From Lama guanicoe (lineage: Eukaryota): a DNA stretch of 64,000 nucleotides. Where the stretch lies: positions 496,001 to 560,000 of the forward strand of contig MU056434.1 of the NCBI GenBank assembly GCA_013239625.1, in the 5' to 3' direction. Below are positions 12,614 to 25,543 of the stretch, piece by piece. Made by a program: the position numbers and the translations under genes. Under the pieces are notes generated by a model. The model did not search any database. It saw only the letters and a program-made list of their open reading frames with translations, and was not told the origin of the DNA. Position 1 is the stretch's first letter. The number at the start of each line of letters is the position of its first letter.

Positions 12614-12718
12614 CTGGAGGGTGAATGCTCTCTGCGGGCCGGGCATGGGCAGCTTCAGCGTGGGCGCTGGTATCGACAGACACACGGTATCCTTCTCTGC
12701 GGTCAGGGAAGCGGGGGA
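12614..12718 (-). CDS. HIRA: HIRA exon 17 (SPASLTAEKDTVCLSIPAPTLKLPMPGPQRAFTLQ)
   Basis: ttgcag acceptor, gtgagc donor, 105 nt. Confidence 0.95.
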
Positions 12719-12977
12719 CTGCAAGGGCAGACATCTGTCCCTGAGCCTCCTGGGAGGCGGGGCCCCTGCCCAGGCCTCTCCACCGACTGTGAGGGCCACA
12801 CCACAGTGCAAATGGATGCCACCTTGCTGCCGGGGTTACAGAGCAGCAGCTGACCCCAGGGGGCTGCCAAAGGACTCCGGGAGGGCTGGGAACTGTCCTG
12901 GGCAGGGGGGCCTCCCTCCTCCCCTCGGGCTTGTGTGGGCTCTGGCACCGAGTGCGGGAGGTGGGCGGAGGCCGCAC

Positions 12978-13182
12978 CTGGACGGACAGAGACATGGGCA
13001 TGAGCCGCGCGTCCTTCCGAGGCCGCCCCTTCTTCTTCTTCTCCACCGTCTCCACCTCGAGCTCCAGCTTCCGCTTGGACAGTGAGGAGGGCTTGGCCAC
13101 GGGGACCTTCTCGTCACTGTCACTGCTGCTCTCCAGGACGTCCCGGGGCCTCGGCTCCTTCACGAGGCCCTGCTCTTTCAAC
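12978..13182 (-). CDS. HIRA: HIRA exon 16 (LKEQGLVKEPRPRDVLESSSDSDEK...KKKKGRPRKDARLMPMSLSVQ)
   Basis: gtgcag acceptor, gtgcgg donor, 205 nt; basic KKKKGRPRK motif. Confidence 0.96.
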
Positions 13183-13939
13183 CTGCACACACACAGGCAC
13201 CCAGGGTTTTATAACAGCCCAGAAGATCCTTACTCATCCTCCCAAAGCAATGAATTTAAAAAGCAGGAGAGGATGCCTGATTTCTGCTCTAAGACGCAAA
13301 GAGCTCAGAAGCTGTGCTTCTCACCCTCAAAGGTGAGAAGTCAACAAGTCTTGGATCCATCAGAGAAGGCCACGGGGAAAAAGGCCACCCTGAACTCTGG
13401 AGACACAGGTGAAGACAGAAACCAAAGCTCACCTGGAGCAGAAGCCCCTGGAGCCTAACAGGTAGGCAGGCTTAAAAGTTCCCCAACCCATGGCTGGAGG
13501 CTGAGTAGCTGGTTTTCGAGTCAGAACTCCAGGGGGCCAGTGGGAGGAGGGCGGCCAGCCTGCATTAGTTTTGTCTCCAGGAGCGCTCCAGGTGGTGTGA
13601 CTTGAGGGCAGGCGATTACCCGACTGCAGTCACCCCCCTCCCCGCGGTGCACTCAGAAACTCTTCTGGAGGGACAGGCCAGGACTTGGGCCCAGCAGTGA
13701 AGCAGGAGCCTTCATCATGGGATTATAGTGCTTCTCCTCCCCAGTTCTTTGCCTCAGAACCAACGTGTCATCACAACAGTAGGTCACAAGACACAGGCTC
13801 TACTTAACAAGGAGTTTCCAGGGAAACTCAAGGAAAAGGAGACAAAAGCAAGGACCCTGGAGGAGATGGGCACCTGAGACACCTAAGGCTGCAGGAGATA
13901 GTAAACAAGACCCCATTCTTACCCATGTAAACAAGACCT

Positions 13940-16379
13940 TTACCCCCTAGTTCCTAACACTCACTACATTATGTTCAGCTCCCAACAAAAATTACAAGAC
14001 ATGATAAAAGGCAGAACAAATAGAACAAAACCCAAAATGAGACACAGCCTCATAAGGCGAAGCAGGATCAGAACCAGAGTCAGATGTGGCAGCAATTTTG
14101 GAATTACCAGGCCAGGATTTTTAAATAACTGTGATGAATATGTTAAGGGCTCGAATGGAAACAGCTGGACAGTAAACACGAACAGATGGGTCTTATAAGC
14201 AGAGAGGATTTAATAACAATAATGATAATAAAAGCTGAGAATAACAATAATCACAATAACAATTAAGAATTTTTCAAAATGAATGAAAGATACCAAATCA
14301 CAGATCTGAGTTGCTCAAAGCACAGCAAATAGGACAAATACCAAAACATCCACACCTGCCTACACATAACATATTCAAACTGCAGAACACTAAAGACAAA
14401 TAGAAAGTCTTGAAAGAAGCAGAGGGAAAAATACACTTTACTTATTAAGGGACAGACTGAAAATTACATCAGATTTCTCTTTAGACACTATTCAAGCAAA
14501 AAATGAGTGACGTGAAATACTTAGTGTTAAAAACAAACACACCCACCAAACTAGAATTCTGTATCTAGTGAAATTATGCCTCAAAGTGAAAGAGAAATAA
14601 AGACCTTTTCAGACAACAACAAAATGACGCCAGAGGAAATTTGTTGCCAGCAGACCTGTCTTGCAAGAAATATTAATAGCAGTTCTTCAGAGAATGAAAA
14701 TGATGCAGGTCAGAAACTCAGATCTGCATGAGGAAAGTGCTAGAGAAAGCATAAATAAATGTAAACATTTTTATTTTTCCTATTCTTAACTAAAAGGTAA
14801 CTTTTGTTCAAACTAGTAACAGCGACAATGTATTGGGTTGTTAGAGCTTATGAATAAGTGAAATAAATGAATAGTAGCAATGTTATAAGTCATGGAAGGA
14901 AGAAGCTGGGAACACTCTAAGGTACCTGCACTATCCTTAGGCAGTATAACATCATTTGAAAGTGTATTTAGATGAGTTACAAATGTTCACTGAATTATAT
15001 GGCGACCACTAAAAAAATTTTTTTAAAGTAGTATAGTTGATATGCTGAGAGAGATCATGTAAGAGACACATGACCCTACTCTCTATGATGCTCTTAGATA
15101 CTGCTGAGAAGAATGTGAGAGAGAAGAGAAAACGGAACTGCACCAAACACGTGCACAATTAAAACTAGGATGCCGGAAAAGAGGAGGTTAAAAAAAGATC
15201 CAGTGAACAAGTGCAATGAACAGAAAACCATTATAACATGGTAGATATTAATCCAACTATATCAATATCATTTCAAATATCAATTTCTAAATATACCAAT
15301 TAAAAGACAGAAGCTGACAAAAAGAGTTAAACTAGACATCATTAACAGAAAAATAGCTGGGAAATGCTCAAATCTTTAGGGATTAAAAAACATACTTCTA
15401 AATAACACATGGGTCAAAGAAAAAGTTCAAATATTTAAAAATATATATATGTAAATAGACTTAAATATATTCTAAATATTTTTTAAAATATTGAATTAAA
15501 TGAAAATGAAACACAATGTCAAAATTTACAGGATACAGTGAAAGCAGCGCTTACAGGGAAATATATTGCAGAGAATGCATAAATTAGACAAAAAGAAAGA
15601 CCTGAAATAAGGTTCACCTTTAGGAACTAGAGAAGGACGAGCAAGCAGAAGTAAACAAATAATAAAAATTAGAGCAAAAGTCAATGAAATTGCAAAGGGA
15701 AGACAACAGAGAAAAATCAGTGAAATAAAAAGCTGGTTCTCTGAAAAGATCAGTAACATGGGTAAATTTACAGTTTACTTCTGAGGCTAATCAGAAATAA
15801 GAGAAGACACCAATTATTAACATCAGAAATGAAAGGAGGATTAACAAGATTTACTGTATAGTACAGGGAACTACAGTCAATATCTCATAATCTATAGTGG
15901 AAAATAATCTAAAAACATACACGTAACTGAATCACTGTGCTGTACACCTGAAACTAACACAATATTGTAAATCAAGTATACTTTAGTTTAAAAAAAAAGA
16001 AAATGAAAAGGGTCTCTCACTACTGATCCCATGGACAATAAAAATATAAAAAACATTATGAACAACTTTATACCCAAATATTTGATAACTTAGATAAAAC
16101 GGAACAGTTCTTTGGAAAAAAGAAAAACAAAAAATCACCTAACCTCACACAAGAAACAATCACCTTAACAGACTTGTTATCTACTAAAGAAACTGAAGCA
16201 ACAATGGAAAATCTTCCAAGAAAGAAAGCACTAGGCCCAGACAGTTTTACTGGTGAATTTTACCAAATATTTAAGAAAGAAATTATACCAATTCTCTACA
16301 GTCTGCTCCAGAAAACAGAAATAGAGGAAATAAATCCTAAGTCCTGTGAGGCCAGCATCACCCTAACACCACAACCAGA
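13940..16379 (+). mobile_element. Old L1 (L1MC-like): ORF1, inter-ORF and 5' ORF2 relic
   Basis: ctagaattctgtatctagtgaaatta, ttgccagcagacctgtcttgcaagaaat, ctaggcccagacagttttactggtgaattt; multiple stops. Confidence 0.85.
15837..15998 (+). mobile_element. Younger 5'-truncated cetartiodactyl-type L1 3' end nested in the older L1
   Basis: actgtatagtacagggaacta...ctgaatcactgtgctgtacacctgaaactaacacaatattgtaaatcaa plus A tail; near-TSD agaaatgaaagg / agaaaatgaaaagg. Confidence 0.85.
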
Positions 16380-17215
16380 TCACAAGTTTTCAAGGTCTGC
16401 CCCTGTTGTGGCACAGGTAAGTACCTTACTCCTTACTGCCAAATACTACTACAGTGAATGGATGTACCACCTTCATCAACCGACGGACATCTGGGGTGCT
16501 TCCACCTTCCGGCTATTATGAGTAACACTGACACGAAAATTTGTGTACACGCTTTTACGTGAACATATTTTCAGTCCTCTTGGGTGCACACCTAGGTGTG
16601 GAATTGCTGGCTCATTCGGAAACTTTACCTGAAGAACTGCCAGACTGTCTCTACACCAGCGAACCACTTTACAACCCCACCAGCAATCAATGGGGGTCCT
16701 GATTTCTCCCCACCCCCCAACCCTTCTGATCATGCCTTTCTGACTACAGCCATCACAGTGGGTGTGAAGTCATCATGGTTTTGATCTGCATTTCCCCGAT
16801 GGCTGAATGTCTTTTTATATGCTTATCAGTCATTTGTGGATCCTCTTTGGAGAAATTTCTATTCAAATCCTTTGTCCATTTAAAAACTGGGTTATTAATC
16901 TTCTTACTGTTGAGTTGTAAGAGCTCCTTACAGACTGTGGATCCTAGATCTTTTGATATGATTTGCAAATATTTTCTCCCATTTAGTAGGGTGTCCTTTC
17001 ATTCTGATGACAGGGCTCTCTGAAGCACAAGGTTTACATTTGGATGAAGTCCAGTTTATCTATTTCTTCAGTTGCTTATGGTTTATGTGTTATATCTAAG
17101 AAATGGTTGCTAACCCAAGGTCACATCTCTGTTTTCTTCTAAAAGCTTTATAGTTTAGCTTGTACATTTAGTTCTTTAATCCATTCTGAGTTATATTTAT
17201 ACATGGGATAGAATA
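16380..17215 (-). mobile_element. L1 (L1MB-like) ORF2 end/3'UTR relic, antisense
   Basis: ggaattgctgg, gatctgcatttccccgatggct, ttctattcaaatcctttgtccattt, gatttgcaaatattttctccc. Confidence 0.85.
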
Positions 17216-19017
17216 CTAAACTTTCCTCATGTCTCTGACCATCTTAAGCACGTTCATTTTACCATCTCTCTGGGCAATGTCTGATTGGAGGCAGGGAGGT
17301 CTACACCTCCTGCTCACGATGTGTCCTGATGTTCGTGCGTACACAAGGTTTCCTCCTGTGCTTTGTCCCTCTGGGTCTGAGTCACCTCAGGTAGTGTGTC
17401 CACAGCGGGAAGGCTGTTCTGGGGTCAGGGGAGGGTCCCTGCAGGGTGTACTGGTGTTTGATTTGCCACTGCCTCTGGGGCGTTAAACAGACTAGAACCT
17501 CCCTGTATGCCCCCTTCTTGGTGTGATTTCCAGATCACACAGGTCGTGTGACTGACCCCCAGTCCACTCTGGGCAGGCCTGTGGCCATACAGCCTCTGAG
17601 GAAGACTGTTTCCAGCCTCAGAGGACAGGCCGAGATTCTAAGCCCTTGGCCACGCACCTGTGCTGTCCCTTGGGTTTTCTCTGGGCCCCTCACTGGAGGT
17701 GTACATTCTGAAGCAGCCTGACTTTATGTTCGTGTCTTAGTCCCAACCCCTACAGGCTCAGGCCCAAGGCCCTGTCTCTAATCAGCATGGCCATGAAAAA
17801 TCAAGGTCACCAGGCCAGTGACCTTCCAGCCCAACACTCACTGCTCTGGTTGCTTTGTTTACTCTTAGATTTTGGCTCCTGGGGACTAGTCTTAACTTTC
17901 TTGTGAGCTTCCTAGTCACATACTTTAGGAATGTTTCACCCAGCATTTCAAAACGTTCAGCGGCAGGAAGTTGCAGATGCTCCATGTTGCTGGAGAGGAA
18001 AAGTGCTTGACAGAAAGATGACACGAAACAGCTGGCACTGAAGCAAGTGCGTGCTATGCGGGAGAACTTGGGCCCACAGCAAGGGCAGAGCTGACCTGAA
18101 GGGGCGGCCCTCCACCCTGGCTTCTGGGGGCTCTTCTCCAAGAGGGGCAAACCCTGCACAGACAAGCAGTTTTGAGGCCAGGGGTGAAGCCCCAGGGACA
18201 GCACACTGTGGCTTTAGCTCCAAGACACAGACCACTGCAAGGCTGGTCTCAGCCCACGCTCCCCCTCACTGGGAACCTGCTGGCTGTGTGGCTCCTGTGG
18301 GAGTCTCTGACCCATGTCCCTGATCTGGCTGAGCCAAATCATCCTGCAGTGGACATGGCTCTGAGACAGCACGTAAAGCCCTGGTCCTGGTGGAGGAAGA
18401 TGGCCTGGCCACGTCGAACCCTCCAGCCCGCGACTTGCTGGACAGCACAGTGAGCTCTGTCACAGCGGGCTTGGGAGGGGCCCCCCAGAGGCAGAGCAGC
18501 CCTAAGCCAACCACAGAGGCTGCAACACTCAGTTTGGGCACCTCAGGACCACTCCTGCAACTCCATGACCCAGCAAACTACTTCCCACTGACTTGGCGGC
18601 TGTGTGCTGAGGGAGGTGTGGAGAACAGAGCCTGCCGGAGCCCAGAGGCCTGACTTCACAAGGACCTGCCCTCCCTCACCTCCACCTCAGCTCCCAACCA
18701 CCCTCCTGGTCAGCATCTGAGCCCTCTGCCCTCCGACCAGTTTCCTTCCTCTTCTGGGCAGACTCTGAGCTCCCGTTGGACACTGAGCCCACTCAGCGCA
18801 GCCTCCGTACCACCTGGCCCTCATGCCTTTGTCCGGAGGCCTTCCCAGCGGCTCCATCCATCTATCTTCTCACTGGGAACAGCCTTTCCTCTCCTTGGAG
18901 TGGCAGCTCCCAAGCACAGGGACGGGGTTCTGCAGCCCTATGGAGGGCAGGCACTGCCCTGCCGGCCCCTGCCGGCCCCTCCCCGGGTCTCCCACACCCC
19001 ATGCAGCCTCCACCTAC

Positions 19018-19179
19018 CTTTCCACAGCCGTCGGAGTCATGCTGGTCAGGGAGGGGGCACCTGGTGTGGCTTTGGACCGCTCTGTGAATCGAGAGTCGAA
19101 GGCTTTCATAGGTTCGATCTTGGACGGGGTGGTGAGCACAGAGGGTGACAATGCAGCAGGAGTCGAGGTAGCGTTCACA
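19018..19179 (-). CDS. HIRA: HIRA exon 15 (VNATSTPAALSPSVLTTPSKIEPMKAFDSRFTERSKATPGAPSLTSMTPTAVER)
   Basis: ccccag acceptor, gtaggt donor, 162 nt. Confidence 0.96.
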
Positions 19180-20338
19180 CTGGGGGAGGAGGTGGAGGGC
19201 ACATCAGCACAGCTGGCGAAGGCCCGGGGCTGGGTGTGGGTGACCCGGAGCCCACCTCCACAATGTGAATATAGCCACTCCACCCTGACCCACTCTGACC
19301 ACCAGCTTTCCCGCTGGGTCTGACGGGAAGCCCTACAGGAGCCAGTAGCCATGGGGCCTCCTTGGATCACATCCAGGCTGACCACCCTCCCTGCTGCTGG
19401 CCCTAGGCTGGGCGCCCACAGGCATTCCAGACAACCCTCTCTTCCTCTCTCAGGACCTGTCCTTCCCCAGACACTCTTCCCCCAGGGGCTCTCCTCCCTA
19501 ACTGGTCCAGCTGCTCTTTCCTCTTCTCTTTCCTCAAGGGGGAGGTGACACCTGATGCCTTTGAAGCCACGACACCAGAGCCAGAGGTAGGAGGCCGCGA
19601 TGAGGCTAGGCCCTGTCTCCGATGCGGGAGAATCTCTGCCAGTGTCAGCGGCATGTGCCAGGGTGGCTCAGTTTGGGCTGTTTCCTCAGGAGCAGGTCAA
19701 AGTGCCCATCCCGCTCCAACTGCTCAGGGGTCTGCTGCTCCCCCAGGTCAGCCTCTATGCGCTCCAGGTGGAGTGCTCCCAGGGGCCTTCCTCTCCCAGC
19801 CTAGGCACTCCCTGGGGATGAGGGCCCAGCAGTCAACCCCCTGCAGACATCTGGGCCTAGCCCAGTGTGTAACCCTGAGCACGTGCTGGGCAAATGCCCC
19901 AAGTGCACAGCTCCCGGCCTAGTCCTGCTCACAGGTCCTTTCTGACTTCTAATTTGGCCTCCAGGTGATGGTCAGCGAAGACTCGGGCTCCCCAAGCAAA
20001 TGTGCTCTGAACAAGGGGAATCCTGGCCACCGCACACCAGCACCCTGCCTGAGACATGGGGGTGGCCACGCTCCCACCAGGGCTGACTGGCCAGTGGGGC
20101 AGCTGATGTGTCACTGGCCAGTCCCTACCCTTCGCAGCTGACCCTGGGACTGCATCTCCCCTAGGACTGGAGATCCTCAGGGCCCGGAGCATCAGACTCA
20201 CCTGATCAAGGCCTCCCTTCCGAGCAGGCCCTCATCTGAAACCAAGCATCTTTCTTAACTGAAGAGGATGAAGCATCCCTGGAAGTGTCCATACCTGCCC
20301 TTCCCCCGGGGACAGGAGCAATCCTTGCACCTGCTCAC

Positions 20339-20536
20339 CTGTCCTTACTGACAGCATCGCCCGCAGGCCTGGCGCCCGCTGTTGCCACAGGCTCTGTGGG
20401 AGGCTTGGAGGCGCTGAAGGAGACTGGGGTGCTGGAGTCCAGTGGCAGCAGCTGCGGACCACTATGGGAGGTGAGCATGGTGCCCGCCAGGGAGCCCGAG
20501 AGCGGGATGCTGTTAAAGAAGGCCGTGGAGAAGTCC
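20339..20536 (-). CDS. HIRA: HIRA exon 14 (DFSTAFFNSIPLSGSLAGTMLTSHSGPQLLPLDSSTP...DAVSKDS)
   Basis: caacag acceptor, gtgagc donor, 198 nt. Confidence 0.95.
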
Positions 20537-21189
20537 CTGTTGCCAAGAAGGAGAGAGGTCAGCCTCGGCCATCTAGCCCCTCACCAAGCCCTCACACTTT
20601 CTAAGCAATGCTTTGTCTGGGTCCACAGGCAGTGTGTTTTCACGGTAGAATGCTCATGCAAGTTACAGAGAAGCAATGAAGAAATTAAAATCACTTCATA
20701 CACTGTATTTCATTAGACCGAAGAGGAACTGGTACTCACAAAGCACTAAGAAAGAAAAGGGCTGCTACCAATAATAACTGTTGGACGCCACTGGTCATCA
20801 CACACCCCGACCTCCAAGGTGTTCATACGTGCAATCGCACCTCACAGGACACAGGGCAGGCCTCCCTCCTGCCACAGGCAGTGTGGGCATCCCACAATTT
20901 ACCTAATCAGCCTCCCCCGAGGAAGGAGCGGAGGGCCTCCCAGGTCTCTGTAGCAGACACTGCTGGCCCAGGAGAGGAGCCTGCGGTGTGAGTGCTGAGG
21001 GCCCCGGGGTCACTGCCTGGACCACGGCGGTTCCAGCAGGCATGCTCAGAACAGTGTCTGCTTGGGGATGCCCGCTACACATCACCCCACCACCAGGATA
21101 CATCCCTAGAAGGGACTGCAGCAGCAAACGGAATGCTCACGGATGATTTTGGATTTCTGGTTCTAGAGGGCCCTCCTCATAAGAGTGCC

Positions 21190-23200
21190 ATCTCTGCACA
21201 CCCTCTGCAATGGTTACCAAAGTCTTGACATCTGACAATCTGGTAGATGAAAAATGGTACCTTACTACAGCTTTAGTTTATTTTCTGCTGCGAGGCTGAC
21301 ATTTTTTCATCTGGAAACATCTGATTCCCCTTTTTCTGAGCTGTTTGTGGACATCTACCATGTACTGTTCTGTTTCCTTACTGGTCTTTGCTATTGATTT
21401 ACTGGCTTTAAGGACACTTTGAAAAGTTCCTACATGAGCAGGAACTATTTTGCCCAGGATGTTGTGTTTTGACCCTCTATCATGTAACTGTCCTTGCCAA
21501 AAATGTTATTTTTATGTGGTCTAAATTTTGTAGAAAAGACTTTATCTCTGAGATTATAAAAATGTTCTTCTATGGAATATTCTAAAATTTGAGTAACAAA
21601 AAAGTTAAAAAAAATCACCTCTGAGCTGTACAGAATGTTGTTCTCTGAAAAATTTCTGATCTGTGGAAAATTTTAAGTTGTGAGGTAAGGCTCCAGTTTT
21701 GTTTCCTCAGAGTATCACATAGTCCTGACTTCATTTATTGAATTAGATAACAATCCATCGCAGGTGCAAAATATTTGAGCCTATTTCTGGCTTTTCCATT
21801 GTGTTTCACTGTTCTGTCTATTCATGCATCAGTACCTTCGTTTTAATTTCTATGTTGTAAGCTTTAATTTGTAGTGGGGCTAGTCTTCCGTGATTTCATC
21901 TTCTTCACAAATACTTCTGCTACTTCTGTTTGTTTTTCCACGTAACTTTGGAATGGGTCTGATTCTGAAAACTCCTGTGGTTGCAGTATTTGCTCAGGTC
22001 ACATTTACGGCTGAGAGAGACCTGTCACCTTTGTGATATGGAGTCACCCTAGCTAACAAACGGCATGCATTTTTAGCGACTTCTGTGAACTGTCTTCTAG
22101 GTCTCTCGATGGAGTAAAGTTTCTTCTTCATAAGGATATTCCCCTTCCTTGTTCCATCAGGTCTTGTATTTCTGGAAGTGACTTCTTCCTTTGTATCTTC
22201 TAAAGGTGGTTGTGCGAGTTCGTCTCATTACGTCCCGTTACCTGCTTGTCTCCTTTCACTGTCTACGGCAGTCCCCCAGCTGATTTTCTTGTAGGTCACA
22301 TCATCTTTAAAGAATGACACACTTACCACTTCCTTTCTAATTTCTTTCTCTTGACTAACTGTATGAGCCAGAACATCCAGAACAACGTTACATTAATCAC
22401 AAGAGTAGACGTCTGTTTAGTTTGTAAATTTAATTTGAAGTAAGATGCTTTATCGAGTTAAGCAAGCATCCATCTACTTCCATTTAACTGAGTTTTAAGT
22501 AAGAGTGATTTGGATTTAACAAAAATGCCTCGAGCATCTACGGAGATGGTCATACAATTCATTTATTTTGATCTATTGATGCGTAGGAGTAAATTCAGTG
22601 TCCCAAAATTGTTTGAACCACTTTTTCTGAAATAAATTTTATTTATAGTGTATTAGCATGTTAGCACACTGGAAGGTTCTGTTTGTTTTTATTTTATTCA
22701 GGATTTTGTACTGACATTTGGAAATGAGATTGATCAGAAACTTATCATATCTTTGTCACATTTTCACTGTGAAATTTCAGTACTGTGCTCATTTCAACAT
22801 AAGATTTTGCAAGCTTTCTTTTTCTACACACTACATACTTCCAATAGTATTAGGATAATCTGTTCCTTAAACATTTGTTAGAATTTTCCCATGAAGCTAT
22901 CATACCTCATAGTATGGTGGCTCCTGGCAGATTAAATCTCTGACAGTGTCCTCTATTTCTTCTCTAATAATTCACCCGCACAGATTTTCTTCAGTTTTGG
23001 TAATTTTTCTTTTCTTCAAAATCATCGACTTCCAAATTTATTTTAACAGAGTTCAGCAAAAAGTGTTTCATCCTTTTGACCTATTCTTTATTTGTGATCA
23101 TTTCCCACTTCTTTCCATTTTAATTATTTGCACCTTTTCTTTTCTTTCTTGATAGCCAAGCTAATAATTAATTACCTATTCTGTTGCTACTTGTTTTAAT
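21190..23200 (-). mobile_element. Highly diverged old L1 fragments
   Basis: T-rich block with antisense L1 ORF2-like phrases (cctatttctggcttttccattgtgtttcactg, aggattttgta...gagattgatc). Confidence 0.6.
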
Positions 23201-24469
23201 CTAGGAATCAGGAGGGCAAAAAAGTCTTTAAGACCAAAAGAATCAAGTTCTGGTGCAGAAACATGTACCCCGTGGCAGAGAGTGGGCTCAAGGCCAGGCA
23301 GGAAGCCATCTACCACCTGAGTCCTCAGTGAGGCCTGGAAGGATCCACAGAACCAAAGTGCCACCCTCACCTCCACCAGCTCCACACCATCACCCCCCGC
23401 AAGCTCTGAGGTGCTTGGGCACAGTAGCACCCTCAGTCTGACTTGGTCCTGATAGAAGGTGGGCCGGTGGCACCACCCCCACAGGTTCACAGTCGGGGAA
23501 GCCTTGACCAGGTACAGCCACTCCGTGGGAGGGGTGGGGAGTGGGCTCTGCCCTCTAGGGCCTTGGCGCCTGCACACCTGACATGCACATCTCCTCGGAC
23601 TTCCGGGAAGGCCAGGAACAGCTCATGGAGGAACCAGTGCAGAGGGCAGAGGGCTGTGTGGCTCCCTGAGCAAATGAGTGAGCAGGACGAGCCACCTTGA
23701 TGTGCAGTCTGTCCCTTTCACACAGGGCCTTACATCCTTTAACTCAACACACCTCATTTTGGGGAGAATGACCAATGCAAAGCAAGCCTGACTACAGATG
23801 CCAAGACAGCAGCAAGCAGCAACCGAGTCCCCGACCCCACCCTCAGGGAACTCTACCCTTCACCCAGCAAGTCCGCTCTGGGAAGGGTCGCGAGGGAAGT
23901 CACAGGTGTGCTGAGGTTCTTTCCAATCTGAAAACACCGGACCAGCTACAAGTCCACATGGTGCGTTCCCAGGCTGGGTGCCTGGACAGTCAGCAAGCTG
24001 ATGCTTCAGAGGACTATTTATTGAAACGGACACAAGGTCGAGATATAGGAACAAGTGGGAGACAGATACCAAAATGTTACAGTGACCACGTCTGAAAGAC
24101 TGGATTACGGATAGCGTTTATGTCCTTTGGGCTTTTACCACTTTCAGTAGCGCAGATATACTCCTTTCATAACCAGAAAGAGGAGGCTATAAAAGGGAGA
24201 AAGAAACAGAAGCGACTCAGTCTGACTTCTCTCTCTGGCGTGGACAGGCTGGCACTGTGGAGCCCGCAGCACCGTCACATGTGCACGGGGCCCTGCGGGA
24301 GCCGAGGCTCTGCGGCAGCTGGGAAGCGGGGCTCCACCACGCGCTTCCAGACTCTACGGGTGAGGCTGGCCCCAGGGACCGCAAGATCTGGGCATGACAG
24401 CGCTAACTGGAGAAAGGACAGGAAGACCTCCCAGTGAGGCCACAGAAAGCTGGGCGAGCGGACCAGTAC

Positions 24470-24555
24470 CCGGTGTCCAGCTGTGCGATGCAGAGGGGCG
24501 TGATTCTCCTCCGGCCGTCTGCCGTCCGAGTCTCAACTTGCTTCTTTAAGAGATT
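24470..24555 (-). CDS. HIRA: HIRA exon 13, ASF1-binding B domain (NLLKKQVETRTADGRRRITPLCIAQLDTG)
   Basis: tgccag acceptor, gtactg donor, 86 nt; GRRRITPLCI B-domain motif. Confidence 0.97.
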
Positions 24556-25336
24556 CTGGCAAAGCAGAGTGACAAAAATGAATGGAAACGTGTCTGTCAA
24601 CTGTCTCTGAATACCAAAAAATAAGGCTTCGAATGAAATGTATCTAACCTCCCTTCCTGTGGCCTTTCAGATACAACTAACCCAAGCGGCCTCATCACAG
24701 TACAAGTGTTTTATGAGGGAGTGTGCTTGACTTCCCGCAGTGATGCAGTGAGGACAGAGGCTTCCCACTGAACCAGCTCCAGCACCTCCTGTGTCTCCAG
24801 GCTGCACCCAGCCGGGTTCCTGGGACAGCGAGCACGTGCCAGGCTGGCCTCCCCACCCACAGCCACGGGACTCAACAAGGGAGCTCCCAGATGAGACTCG
24901 CACTCCTCTCTCAGCTGTGATGTGCACTGTCTTTCACTGAAGGCTCGCAACCAAGAGTTCTGGTCACATGGTGTGTACGCGTCACTCGGGAGGCTGAGCG
25001 CCTGCACGAGCCCCTGACGCCTCCTATTTCCGTCTTCCAAACCCCCCAGGGAAACATGGACTTCCAAAGCGAGAAGGGGGTGCTAGCAGATGACCCCAAG
25101 GGCAGAGCCTGAAGCACAATGCTCTCAGTCCCTGCAATCTCTAAGAAGGGCTAGAGGTGAGGTTTGAAAGTTCCACTAGGAGCAGCTCCTTGAGAGCTCC
25201 AGGGACCAGGCCTTGGATGAGGTGCCTCAGGCCCCAAGGTGGTTCGTCCCAGGTCCTGTCCACCCTCCCCAGCACACGCGTCTGAGCCCTGCTGAGACCC
25301 CCTATCCCCTCGTGCGGTCCCAGGCCTGGCGCTCAC

Positions 25337-25543
25337 CTTCCTGATGTCCTCCAGACTCTCCCCATTGACAACGCCAGCCACCGCAGCCGTGGCACCTGTC
25401 TCCCTGGCCGCTGTGCCCCCCTGGCCCAGCTGCTGCCTCCGCTGGTACTGGAGCATCTCGGGGTTTTCAATGACGGCTGTGGAAAGCTGCGCCTCAGCCA
25501 TGATGGCCAAGCTCTTGCCATAGGTGGACTGGTGGATGCGGCT
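25337..25543 (-). CDS. HIRA: HIRA exon 12 (SRIHQSTYGKSLAIMAEAQ...VNGESLEDIRK)
   Basis: cccctag acceptor, gtgagc donor, 207 nt. Confidence 0.96.

Noticed and set aside
20195-20300. Strong cryptic donors CAG|gtgagt and CAG|gtatgg downstream of HIRA exon 14
   Set aside because: Would add frameshifting extensions of 137 or 44 nt; decoy donors are frequent here and nothing else supports use
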